Assembly: GCF_009914755.1 (NCBI RefSeq) | Contig: NC_060947.1 | Strand: one strand, 5' to 3' | Source: the human T2T-CHM13v2.0 reference genome, Homo sapiens | DNA length: 64,000 nucleotides | Shown: one piece after another, positions 1 through 15,189 of the stretch | Layout: the number at the start of each line of letters is the position of its first letter | Numbering within the stretch: position 1 is the stretch's first letter | The notes under the pieces: model-generated | Told to the model about the DNA's origin: nothing | Databases searched by the model: none | What the model saw: only the letters and a program-made list of their open reading frames with translations | Program-made: the position numbers and the translations under genes

Positions 1-208
1 GAACTAACATGGTTATTTCAATAAAAACACCTAAGAAATAAGGAAAGTCTTATGTCACTAGATAAGAGAAGGCAGTTTTTCAACAGGGATCTATGGAAAT
101 AACACCTTAAAAGACAGATGAGAGAGTTTCAGTTTTGGTGAGAATCATTTGACATACTTCGGAGTGGTTTGATTTTTTTCAAATATTTCCAAAATGAATA
201 CATGCTAA

Positions 209-305
209 TATATATTGTATATATATATATGTGTATATATATATATATATACATGTATATATACATGTATATATATATACGTATATATATATATATGTAT
301 ATATA

Positions 306-337
<32 letters not shown>
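209..337. repeat. (TA)n/(TATG) microsatellite at the Alu tail
   Basis: Alternating TA run with TG/CA interruptions directly next to the poly-T of the Alu. Confidence 0.95.
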
Positions 338-364
<27 letters not shown>

Positions 365-646
365 GAGACGGAGTCTTGCTCTGTCGCCCAGGCTGGAGTG
401 CAATGGCGTGATCTCGGCTCACTGCAAGCTCCACCTCCTGGGTTCACGCCACTCTCTTGCCTCAGCCTCCTGAGTAGCTGGGACTACAGACACCCACTAC
501 CACACCTGGCTAATTTTTTTATATTTTTAGTAGAGACGGGGTTTCACTGTGTTAGCCAGGATGGTCTCGATCTCCTGACCTCGTGATCTGCCTGCCTCGG
601 CCTCCCAAAGTGCTGGGATTACAGGCATGAGCCACCGTGCCTGGCC
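338..646 (-). mobile_element. AluY SINE
   Basis: Full dimer with poly-T; AluY-type diagnostics gcaagctcc, ttcacgcc, gttagccaggatggtctcgatctcctgacctcgtgatc. Confidence 0.9.
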
Positions 647-2554
647 TATTGTAAATATTTTTGAGTCTCCCTGTTGGGATAAGAGACATGTTCGGGCACT
701 GAGAAAACTTAACCTGAGCCCTCTTAACCACCATCAAAGTATCAAAGAGAAGGGAATGGGCACTGGATGACTGAAGAATTGGGATTCTAATGGATAAGAG
801 TCTAACGTGATCACCAAAGGTTTGGTTTCTGAACTCCTAATAGAGAAAGCAGTCATGATCAGAATTGAGTGAGGGCTCTCTGGAAGGAGTAATGTCAGAC
901 CAATCTAATATCTTTAAAAATATAAAGTTATTACATTGGTGGGATAGTGATAGGATAAACTTAGGGAGAAGACAATGAACCCATTGCTTTACAACAGACA
1001 CGATTCAAAGATTCTCCAACACATTTATGATTTCCTACTGGTTGGTATCTAGTAATATGACAAAATACATAAAATATTATTTTTAGAGAGATGAAAGGCC
1101 CTGTATTAAACAACACCAATGTTATTTTAAAAAGTCTTGTGATTATGTATATGGTTCTTACTATTTTTCTTTGAACAACAGGCAAGTTGTTTGAGGGCCC
1201 ATAAAGCGACAGAGATAGTAAATAGATCACAGACATAAATAAAAATATTATCATGTTAACTTACTATTTATAGGCATTTGGAAATTGCACGAAGCATGCA
1301 TAACAGAAGTTTGACATGGATTATCCCCAGAGCTCTTTCCTGTGACCCATCTAGTGGAAATCATCCCAGAAATCCTAGAGGTTAGGTGTTTTTGCTGGGA
1401 GGAATAACACTACTGGAGTTAAACAAACCAACTATTTGGACACTCCCAGTCTCCCCACCTGCAACTGCCTCAGCAGTGGAAACATGAGGCCAGAGATCAC
1501 AGGAACTCATGTGAAGATGCCTCTAAGTGGTTACTATTCTTGTAACAAATTTACCAACAAAGCACATGGATCTTCAATTATCTCTGTTTAAATTTAAGGA
1601 GAAGTGCCAGCACTGAAGGGTAACCTCAAATAGGAGCCCTCTTTTACACACACACGTGCACGTGTACACACACACGATACACACATGATAAATAGCAGGA
1701 CATAATTTGTTTATTTCTCCAACACTTCTCACTCACCAGACTGTCAGATCAATTACCAAGATGACTGAAATAAATAAACACAATTGTAATCCTTTATCAC
1801 TAGATCACAGAGAAACCATTTCTAGAACCTGAAACTCAGACGAGTCTCTGTTACTGGACAGGGGCGTCAAATGGGAGAAGTAAAGGCTGTTTGAGGCTTG
1901 TATTCATTTGAGATGGCACTGGCTTCTGGATCTTTACAATGTGTCTCCCCTCTCCTGGAGGAGAAAATGACTGCTGTGGAGATTAGGATAAATAAAATGC
2001 ACTTGATTCAGCTTGTTTTTTCTTTGCACCGGAAACTCCATCCAATGCACGTGGCCTTGAAAATAGATGCTGGGCTTGGAAAGAAAATAAGTACCTGCAG
2101 AGAGACAGAATTCAGAAGCAAGAAGGATCTTCTCTGGGTGGCCACCACTACCAGATTCCATTTTATTTCTAAAATTATAATTTCTGTGTTCATCCATTTG
2201 TTTGCATGGGGCTTTCTCATTTTGCATTGTTTTGTTTATTTTGATTTTGTTCTGTAGTCCAATACCAACACACTGAGGAATAGCTTCTAGGCAGTGTTTA
2301 TGAACAGCTGAAGGCAAGGATCAAGTTAAATAGCACATATACTCCCAGTGAGATTTTCCTCTTTGCACTTTATAATCTTCACATTGCTAAATTCCTTAAA
2401 CTACAATTGATTCTCTCTGCAAGAATTGCCAAGACACTGTCAAAGCCAACTTCAAAAAGCTAGAAACACGACCTTTATACAAATATATGGTGAGCATGTA
2501 TCAAAGACATATTTAATTCATTAATGAGGAAACCAGCATGTAGGAGAAACATAA

Positions 2555-2580
2555 ACACACACACACACACACACACACAC
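2555..2580. repeat. (CA)n microsatellite
   Basis: Direct reading. Confidence 0.9.
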
Positions 2581-3569
2581 TCAGTGGGAAAAAAGTTAAA
2601 ATGTGATTGCAAAGATAGATACAGAACTCTTGTGTCCTACACGGCAATAAAACTGTAACCTTTGGATTTTGGGGGGGTTTTTGTTTGTTTTGTTTTGTTT
2701 GTTTTTTTTTTTGGTTTTATTTTGTTTTGTTTTTTACCGAATAGAAAGGAGCTGCAACTCTACTTTGCAAAAGTCATTTGTAACTTATCAAATTACCAGT
2801 TACAATCTACCTTCATAGAGTAGATGCTTCAGATCCTAGTCAGTCATAAATAGGTAAGTCAAACCATGGTGCATTTCCCTAGAGAATGAAATATTCCTGG
2901 ATGGTTTTGGTAGACAGTGCTTCAGTATGAGTTGGCAAGGACATGCAGTCATCCTTTTGCTTATTTCCAAGTGTTGTATCACTTTTCTTCACAGAGCCAC
3001 ACAAAGGCATTCTGTCTACAGTTTAGTAGATGAAGTTTTGTGGGTCTTGGTGGCTGAAATACCCTTGTAACTTCCCTCAAAGCCCCACGTCATAAAAAGC
3101 TTCAGCAACCAAAGGAAAATGCTAATGTTTCAAAATGGAACTCTTGAAAGATTTGTCTTTCTAAAAACAAGCTTTTGTCATGCACCCAAGGCAAAGGTGG
3201 CCCCCATCTCCGCCCAGCACCTCACTTGACTATAGGGCAGCAATCTGCAGTGGACTGTTTGTCAATGCTCCATTGTATGCTGAGGTTCTGAGGGGTGTGA
3301 CCACCCACAGCTGGCCACAGCTCCTCCATTTACATTTGCTAGCCCTCGCTTGCAGCCAGAAAGCCTTTTAGAATGTTGCAACAAACAAAACCAAAAGCCC
3401 ACAGGCCATCTCAGGCAGAGGAAACCACAGACAGACACACTGTCTTCCACAGGCTCCCAACTCTAGTTGACCCTGTTTATGTCTTAGTATTTTAAGTCTG
3501 TGACCTTAGCAAAGGTTCAACATGCAGTGCCAACTGAGCAGGCAGAAACAGAAGTACAGTTCTTGCCAC

Positions 3570-3659
3570 AGGATTTGGAGGCACAAGAATTCAATTTGAA
3601 TTCTGTGTCCACCATGTACACATCATGTAACTGTACCTGCCCTGAGTCTTGGTTTTTTC
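3570..3659. mobile_element. MIR fragment, left part; continues at ~9892-9990 after the L1
   Basis: cctgagtcttggttttttc joined to atctgtacagtgggaatgg rebuilds the MIR core (ctgagcctcagtttcctcatctgtaaaatggg-like). Confidence 0.65.
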
Positions 3660-3673
3660 TTTTTTTTTTTTTT

Positions 3674-3732
3674 CTCTAATTGTTTTGGTATCTATCTATC
3701 TTAAGGTAAACATGGTTTTGAAGTAATGTCAC
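3674..3732 (-). other. L1 3' transduced segment with its own poly-A (3660-3673)
   Basis: Non-L1 59 bp between the L1 A-tail and a second A-tail, inside the TSD tcttggttttttc (3647-3659 / 9892-9904). Confidence 0.8.
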
Positions 3733-3957
3733 TTTTTTATTTATTTTTTATTATTATACTTTAAGTTTTAGGGTACATGTGCACAATGTGCAGGTTAGTT
3801 ACATATGTCTACATGTGCCATGCTGGTGTGCTGCACCCATTAACTCATCATTTAGCATTAGGTATATCTCCTAATGCTATCCCTCCCCACTCCCCCCAAC
3901 CCACAACAGTCCCCAGAGTGTGATGTTCCCCTTCCTGTGTCCATGTGTTCTCATTGT

Positions 3958-7784
<3,827 letters not shown>

Positions 7785-7847
7785 GATGATGTTAGCTGGT
7801 TATTTTGCTCGTTACTTGATGCAGTTTCTTCCTAGCCTCGATGGTCT

Positions 7848-8864
7848 TTACAATTTGGCATGATTTTGCAGTGGCTGGTACCAGTTGTTCCTTTCCATGT
7901 TTAGCGCTTCCTTCAGGAGCTCTTTTAGGGCAGGCCTGGTGGTGAAAAAATCCCTCAGCATTTGCTTGTCTGTAAAGTATTTTATTTCTCCTTCACTTAT
8001 GAAGCTTAGTTTGGCTGGATATGAAATTCTGGATTGAAAATTCTTTTCTTTAAGAATGTTGAATATTAGCCCCCACTCTCTTCTGGCTTGTAGAGTTTCT
8101 GCCGAGAGATCCGCTGTTAGTCTGATGGGCTTCCCTTTGTGGGTAACCCGACCTTTCTCTCTGGCTGCCCTTAACATTTTTTCCTTCATTTCAACTTTGG
8201 TGAATCTGACAATTATGTGTCTTGGAGTTGCTGTTCTCGAGGAGTATCTTTGTGGCGTTCTCTGTATTTCCTGAATCTGAATGTTGGCCTGCCTTGCTAG
8301 ATTGGGGAAGTTCTCCTGGATAATATCCTGCAGAGTGTTTTCCAACTTGGTTCCATTCTCCCCGTCACTTTCAGGTACACCAATCAGATGTAGATTTGGT
8401 CTTTTCACATAGTCCCATATTTCTTGGAAGGTTCGTTCATTTCTTTTTATTCTTTTTTCTCTAAACTTCCCTTCTCGCTTCATTTCATTCATTTCATCTT
8501 CCATCGCTGATACCCTTTCTTCCAGTTGATCACATCGGCTCCTGAGGCTTCTGCATTCTTCACGTAGTTCTCGAGCCTTGGTTTTCAGCTCCATCAGCTC
8601 CTTTAAGCACTTCTCTGTATTGGTTATTCTAGTTATACATTCGTCTAAATTTTTTTCAAAGTTTTCAACTTCTTTGCCTTTGGTTTGAATTTCCTCCTGT
8701 AGCTTGGAGTAGTTTGATCGTCTGAAGCCTTCTTCTCTCAACTCGTCAAAGTCATTCTCTGTCCAGCTTTGTTCCGTTGCTGGTGAGGAGCTGCGTTCCT
8801 TTGGAGGAGGAGAGGCACTCTGCTTTTTAGAGTTTCCAGTTTTTCTGCTCTGTTTTTTCTCCAT
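7848..8864 (-). CDS. L1 ORF1p, intact 338 aa RNA-binding/chaperone protein
   Basis: Full-length open frame; coiled coil plus REKG, ARR and YPAKLS motifs all present. Confidence 0.93.
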   Translation of the reverse strand: MEKKQSRKTGNSKKQSASPPPKERSSSPATEQSWTENDFDELREEGFRRSNYSKLQEEIQTKGKEVENFEKNLDECITRITNTEKCLKELMELKTKARELREECRSLRSRCDQLEERVSAMEDEMNEMKREGKFREKRIKRNERTFQEIWDYVKRPNLHLIGVPESDGENGTKLENTLQDIIQENFPNLARQANIQIQEIQRTPQRYSSRTATPRHIIVRFTKVEMKEKMLRAAREKGRVTHKGKPIRLTADLSAETLQARREWGLIFNILKEKNFQSRISYPAKLSFISEGEIKYFTDKQMLRDFFTTRPALKELLKEALNMERNNWYQPLQNHAKL

Positions 8865-9888
8865 CTTTGTGGTTTTATCTACTTTTGGTCTTTGATAATG
8901 GTGATGTACAGGTGGGTTTTTGGTGTGGATGTCCTTTCTGTTTGTTAGTTTTCCTTCTAACAGACAGGACCCTCAGCTGCAGGTCTGTTGGAGTTTGCTA
9001 GAGGTCCACTCCAGACCCTGTTTTCCTGGGTACCAGCAGCGGTGGCTGCAGAACAGCGGATTTTCGTGAACCGCAAATGCTGCTGTCTGATCATTCCTTT
9101 GGAAGTTTTGTCTCAGAGGAGTACCCGGCCGTGTGAGGTGTCAGTCTGCCCCTACTGGGGGGTGCCTCCCAGTTAGGCTGCTCGGGGGTCAGGGGTCAGG
9201 GACCCACTTGAGGATGCAGTCTGCCCGTTCTCAGATCTCCAGCTGCGTGTTGGGAGAACCACTGCTCTCTTCAAAGCTGTCAGACAGGGACAGTTAAGTC
9301 TGCAGAGGTTACTGCTGTCTTTTTGTTTGTCTGTGCCCTGCCCCCAGAGGTGGAGCCTACAGAGGCAGGCAGGCTTCCTTGAGCTGTGGTGGGCTCCACC
9401 CAGTTCGAGCTTCCCACCTGCTTTGTTTACCTAATCAAGCCTGGGCAATGGCGGGCGCCCCTCCCCCAGCCTCACTGACGCCTTGCAGTTTGATCTCAGA
9501 CTGCTGTGCTAGCAATCAGCGAGACTCCGTGTGCGTAGGACCCTCCGAGCCAGGTGCGGGATATTATCTCCTGGTGCGCCGTTTTTTAAGCCCGTCGGAA
9601 AAGCACAGTATTAGGGTGGGAGTGACCCGATTTTCCAGGTGCCGTCTGTCACCCCTTTCTTTGACTAGGAAAGGGAACTCCTTGACCCCTTGCGCTTCCC
9701 GAGTGAGGCAATGCCTCGCCCTGCTTCAGCTCGCGCACGGTGCGCTGCACCCACTGTCCTGCGCCCTCTGTCTGGCACTCTCTAGTGAGATGAACCCGGT
9801 ACCTCAGATGGAAATGCAGAAATCACCCGTCTTCTGTGTCGCTCACACTGGGAGCTGTAGACCAGAGCTGTTCCTATTCGGCCATCTT
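8865..9888 (-). promoter_or_regulatory. L1 5'UTR with internal sense promoter and antisense promoter
   Basis: CpG-rich 5'UTR; YY1 motif at ~9879-9888; retains the ~129-bp block (~8993-9121) missing from L1PA2/L1HS. Confidence 0.85.
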
Positions 9889-9933
9889 CAATCTTGGTTT
9901 TTTCATCTGTACAGTGGGAATGGTAAGACTTAA
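9448..9933 (+). CDS. L1 antisense ORF0, extended to 161 aa
   Basis: Begins MAGAPPPASLTPCSLISDCCASNQRDSV (ORF0 N-terminus) in a strong Kozak context (gcaATGg); frame stays open past the L1 5' end. Translation unproven. Confidence 0.6.
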   Translation: MAGAPPPASLTPCSLISDCCASNQRDSVCVGPSEPGAGYYLLVRRFLSPSEKHSIRVGVTRFSRCRLSPLSLTRKGNSLTPCASRVRQCLALLQLAHGALHPLSCALCLALSSEMNPVPQMEMQKSPVFCVAHTGSCRPELFLFGHLQSWFFHLYSGNGKT

Positions 9934-10129
9934 CTTACTACTCTATAGAACTGGTTTAAGATCAAACAAAAATATGTGTTCAAAGAGCTTGTTGTAATAA
10001 ACATAGTTATCCTTATTGTTAAAAGCTACCCCATTCTGGATGCCAACTGTAAAGGGTGCTTTATATACATTAACTGGGATCACATAAAGAGCCACACAGC
10101 TGTTGGTTATTAGGAGCATGTATGACAAA

Positions 10130-12150
10130 TACTGTCACTTGCATACCAATATCTCTTCATCCCTTTCTTCCATGCTAACATAATCTCAATTCTCTTTGCA
10201 GTAGCAGTATGCCCAGCTCTGTTCCCTAGACCTTCTTGTAGCTAGGAGAAGCCATGTGACCTGATTCTGGGCAATGAGACCTAAGCAGAAATCTTCCAGA
10301 AAGCCTTTGCCTCTGTGATAATAATGGCAGCAGCCACTCCAGCCGGCCTGCTGCTACCATCACACTGCCTGCAGCAGGGAGGCGCAGCTGAGGCTGCAGC
10401 TCTGTGGAGCCGGTGGGACCCCACCCCTTTTGAGTTGGGGCAGGAGCTCCCTGGGTGCTGCTGCAGCCACCCAAACCTTGGCTGCAGACCCAGGGCTCCC
10501 ACTCCATGGAGCAGGTGGGAGACCTGCCCTCCTAGGCGCAGCTGCATCTGCCCAAACTGCAGCTTTAGACCCAGGCATCCTTGTACTCTTGGGGGCCTGG
10601 GAAGGCCCCCGCCCTGCTCTCACAGGCTTGGAAGTGCCCGGTCCCACTGCCTGCTTTCTCCCTGCCGTTGGCACCTGCTCCAATCTCGGATCAAAGTTGG
10701 GCCGAGCCCAGGCACCATGAGCAACAGTGGGAGGCAGACAGGTTCCTGGGCAGAAGGGGGTGGGTCCCCAGTGAAGCCCCACCTTCAGGCTGGGGAAGAC
10801 CTGAAGCCTGGGGACTGGGCTACCAGTCCTATGGACCAGAAGGGCGGGTTGTGGTGCTTTTTCCTGGGCCCGCCCATGGCTGCACATGAACCAGTCAGCA
10901 CACACTTCCCCCTCTGAGGCCCATAAAAGCCCCAGGCTCAGACAGAGCAGAGCAGATGAGGGGACTACCATCTGCAGAGAGGAGCTACCCTCTCACCCTC
11001 TCTGCTAATAGCAGGAGACATCAGGATGACCAGCTGCATAGAGGAGCTACCCACTCTAGGGCCTCCTCCCTCGTAAGAGCTTCAGAGACGTACAGAGATG
11101 ATGGGATGAACTGCCTGCAGAAAGGAGCTTCCCACTCCAGGGTCTCCCCTCTGCTAGGAGCTGAACACTCAATGGGACACTTTGGCTGTGGAAAGGAGCT
11201 GCTCCTGCAGGTCTTCTGTGAGCTACTCTATTGCTCAATAAAGCTCCTCTTCATCTTGTTCACCCTCCACTTGTCTACATACCTTATTCTTCTTGGTTGC
11301 AGGATAAGGACTCAGGACCTACCGAATGGCAGAACTAAAAGAGCTATAACATAAACAGGGCTGAAACGTGCCCTGTGCTCACCACGCTGTGGGTGAAGAG
11401 AAGGAGAGAAGAGATGCAGCCACTCAGGGAGCCCAGACCTGGGAGCTCCCCGAGCCCAGGCTGTGACTCCCTCTTTGAGGTCCTGTGGTTTCTGGTGTTT
11501 GCTGAGCTCCTGAACACCACCACATTCCCTGGTGCCAGCTGGGGAAGCTGCTTGCCATGCACATGGTCAAGCCACAGCCTCACAGAGAGCCAGTGTCTGT
11601 TCCAGCACCTGGAGCTGCCCGCCCCACTGCAGCAGCCAGCATGCCTGACTGTGTGCAGTGGCCGGACCCCATGCTTGCTCGTTCACACACCCCCTGCCAC
11701 TCCCCACCTGGCTCACCCTTGGCAGGTGTGGGATCCAGGCTGGTAGTGTGAACCAAGCACAGCCTGCCAGGCCAGGTGAGCAGAACGAGGTGAGCAGGCC
11801 TGAGCAAAAGTCAGGCAAAGGCACCACTGGCCACAGAGTTTTCTGGCCAGAAAAGCAACACCCCAAAGATCCCATGAAAATAAAAGGAGACTGAGCCAGC
11901 TGGTGTGGACTTTCCCTTTTCTCTTCCCATTTTCCTCCTGCTTGAATACAGAAGGGATGCTTGTTACCATGAAAATGAGGGAAAGACTAAGACAACTGCA
12001 CAGACATGGGCCCAGCCAGAATGGGGCACAGCTTTGATCTGAACATTGACAACTGCCTGTCTTCAAAATTCATGTTACATAAGAAAAAAAAAACCTGTAA
12101 GTTTAAGCCATTCAAGTTGGGTTTTCAGTTATTTGCATCTGAACACAACA
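10130..12150 (+). mobile_element. MLT1 (MLT1I/J-like) MaLR LTR, split by MER52
   Basis: gccatgtgacctgattctgggcaatgag ... gtttaagccattcaagttgggttttcagttatttgcatctgaacaca. Confidence 0.6.
10322..11879 (+). mobile_element. MER52(A)-like ERV1 solo LTR
   Basis: GC-rich ~1.56 kb; AATAAA at ~11237; ends ...gaaaagcaacaccccaaagatcccatgaaa; 4-bp TSD ataa (10318-21 / 11880-83). Confidence 0.8.
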
Positions 12151-12270
12151 CTAAGCATACAATGTGCATGAAGCAATAAAAGAGCTGTGTCTATGGAAGT
12201 TTGGTTAGTCAATTAATGCCACCTTCTCTGTGAAATCCCAGGGACTTTGAGTTCTGGTCTCTGGCTTTAC

Positions 12271-12663
<393 letters not shown>

Positions 12664-12949
12664 TAAAAGTTATCTTCCAATGGCCAATTCTTCAAAATTA
12701 AGCATGTATTTATTCCCAAAACTAAGATTGGCTCTTGACATGAAGCAACTGTTTCTAAGCACATTATCCATTATTTCTATAAATCATATAAATACTTTGG
12801 AATTTAAAATATTCTGCCATTCAACTTAATTGATTTATTACATCTAACATTCACTTGATATTTGCTAAGTGACAGGCTTTTTGGAAAGAAAAGAATAAAA
12901 CAAATGGCATTCACAGTCCAAGGAAAAAGATAACTGTAAAAATAAATAA

Positions 12950-13870
12950 TTTCAAAAAGACTGAAAGGAAAACCAGCAAAATATTCTTTGTGGTTATCTT
13001 GAATAAGAAGGACTCATGGGTGATTTTAATTTTCTTTTTCTGTAGTTGTCTTTCTTTTTCTGTTATCACATTACTGTGAGAATTAAATTTATTAACACAT
13101 ACATTGTGTTATGGTTAGTGCTCAGTACAAATTAGCTGTTAATAAGATGTTTATATGCTCAATTTTATTAACACATTAACACAGAAATATCCTTCCATTA
13201 CACATGAGTTTTTCAACCAACGAATGAATATATATTTAAATTATTTTTTTAAATTTGATATATATACACAACGGAATACTATTCAGCCTTAAAAAGGGGG
13301 AAATGTTGCCATTTGAAATAATATGGGTGAATTTGAAGGACATTATGCTAAGTGAAATAAACCAGGTACAGAAAGACAAATGTTGCATGAACTCACTTAT
13401 ATGTGGAATCTAATAAACTGGAACTCAAAAAAGTAGAAAGTGAAATGATGGTTCCCTGAGACTGGGGGTGGTGGAGATGAATAGGGAGTTGTTGATCAAA
13501 GAGTACAAAGTTTCAGATAGACAGGATAAGTAGATTTTGAGATTTATTGCATAGCAGAGTGACTATAGTAAACAATAACATATGTTTCAAAATAACTAAG
13601 AGTATATTTCAAATGTCTTACCAGAAAAAATGATAGATAAGTGAGGTAATTGATATGTTAGTTAACTTGACTTAATCATTCCATGTTATAAACATATATC
13701 AAAACATCACATTGTACCAGGTATGGGGTTTCTTCATGGGGTGATGAAAATATTCTGGAATTAGAAACTGGTAATGATTGAACAACTTTGTGATCCTAGT
13801 AAAAACTGCTGAATTATATATTTTAACAGCATGAATTTTATGATATGTGAATTATATCTCAATTTAAAAA
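12950..13870 (+). mobile_element. Old L1M 3'-end fragments (L1MA at ~13255-13718 plus L1MB/ME pieces)
   Basis: ggaatactattcagcc..gacattatgctaagtgaaataa..acatcacattgtacc; ggggtgatgaaaatattctggaatt. Confidence 0.75.
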
Positions 13871-15189
13871 TGGATTCTTAGACTGGTTATCTTTTAAATT
13901 ATATACTATAGGATTAGAGTCCTATAGCAAAGTCAACTCTGTATTTCATAAAATTGTAAGGGTTCCTTTTTCACCATAGTTCTCACTTAGATGTTAATAG
14001 TCCCTTAAATGGAAATGACATCGTATTTATATCCACCATGGTTTTTACTGACCTCTGTCTCATGAGTTGTTTTCCCTTCCTTTCACAGTGACATTTGGTG
14101 AGCATTTTTACAACTTTCTTCTGAAAGTTCAATAAAGGCCAGGAAATATAAAGCCTAAGATACCTAGTGAAAAATGGTCTCCTAAAATATTTTAATTTTA
14201 TTAAATTAAAAAAAATAAAGTAATTATTTTATATTTTTGATTTTGAAGTTTTATAAGTTTTATGGTTTGGGTTTTGTTTTTTTTTTTTTTTTGAAAGGGC
14301 TGATCCGGCTTCCTCCCCTTCCTCCTTCTTTCTTTTTATGGTTAGAGGCCCAGAGATTGTAGTGAGGGCAGTAAAACACTCCCAATGCCTGCTGCAAGGC
14401 ACCTCCCAGGCACAGAGGCAGGTGGAGTAAACACACTGCCTTATCAAAAGATAAAGCCAGAGGTTTGGCCCAGAGGGAGGCTGAGAAGGGCAGTGCCCGG
14501 AAGATGAGGGTTTGCCCATGATAAACCATATCCTGGGGCCTCTCTCACTCCCCACAAGGGAGGGTCAATTTCATCATGACCACAGCTCGAAAGAATCATT
14601 TTCTATTAGCAAGACATCTCCAGGGTGAGAGCCGATACTGGAGGCCTGTGCTCCCCTCTGCTGTGTGTTTTTTAGACAACATGTCTTGAGGATCTCAAAC
14701 ACTCAAACACTGGTTTGTCATGTCAAGAAGTTTGCTTCAAGTGCCTTCATTGATGGACAGAGAAGGCATTTACTTCCGGGTTCTTGGGCGGGTGGGGGAG
14801 GGAGAGGGCACTTTTCTCCTTGAGCCGTGCATGGAAAGTTCAATAAGGAATCAGACTCACTTTGCATGAGGGAGTTTGGGGACTCTCTGTAAGGAATTTT
14901 TAATTGTCCCAAGCCTTCTGTAAAGCAGGGATGGCCCTTCACCCAGGGTGGGACAGGGCCACACCTACAGGCCCAGGAATGGCACACTGTGACGGACATT
15001 TGACTCACTTTATGTAGCAACCTTGTTCTTGAAAAGTTCTGTTTAAATCAAATTGTACTGGAAGGACTAGCTGCTTAGACGAATCCAGAACTGTATTTCT
15101 TCATAACTGGAAAAAACATGGAGACCCCTATAAATCAGCAATTTGGAAAATTAGAATTATTTTAAGATGTGCTACCATTGAAGTCTGTC

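Noticed and set aside
129-586. Ile/Tyr-rich ORFs (also at 63189-63601)
   Set aside because: Translations of (TA)n microsatellites and Alu sequence, not genes.
1898-2317. 119-127 aa ORFs and a minus-strand acceptor-like ctctctgcag|G at ~2095
   Set aside because: No recognisable domain and no clear matching donor; consistent with chance.
10226-12066. Many overlapping 90-200 aa ORFs
   Set aside because: They arise from the stop-poor, GC-rich MER52 LTR; no gag/pol/env similarity is visible.
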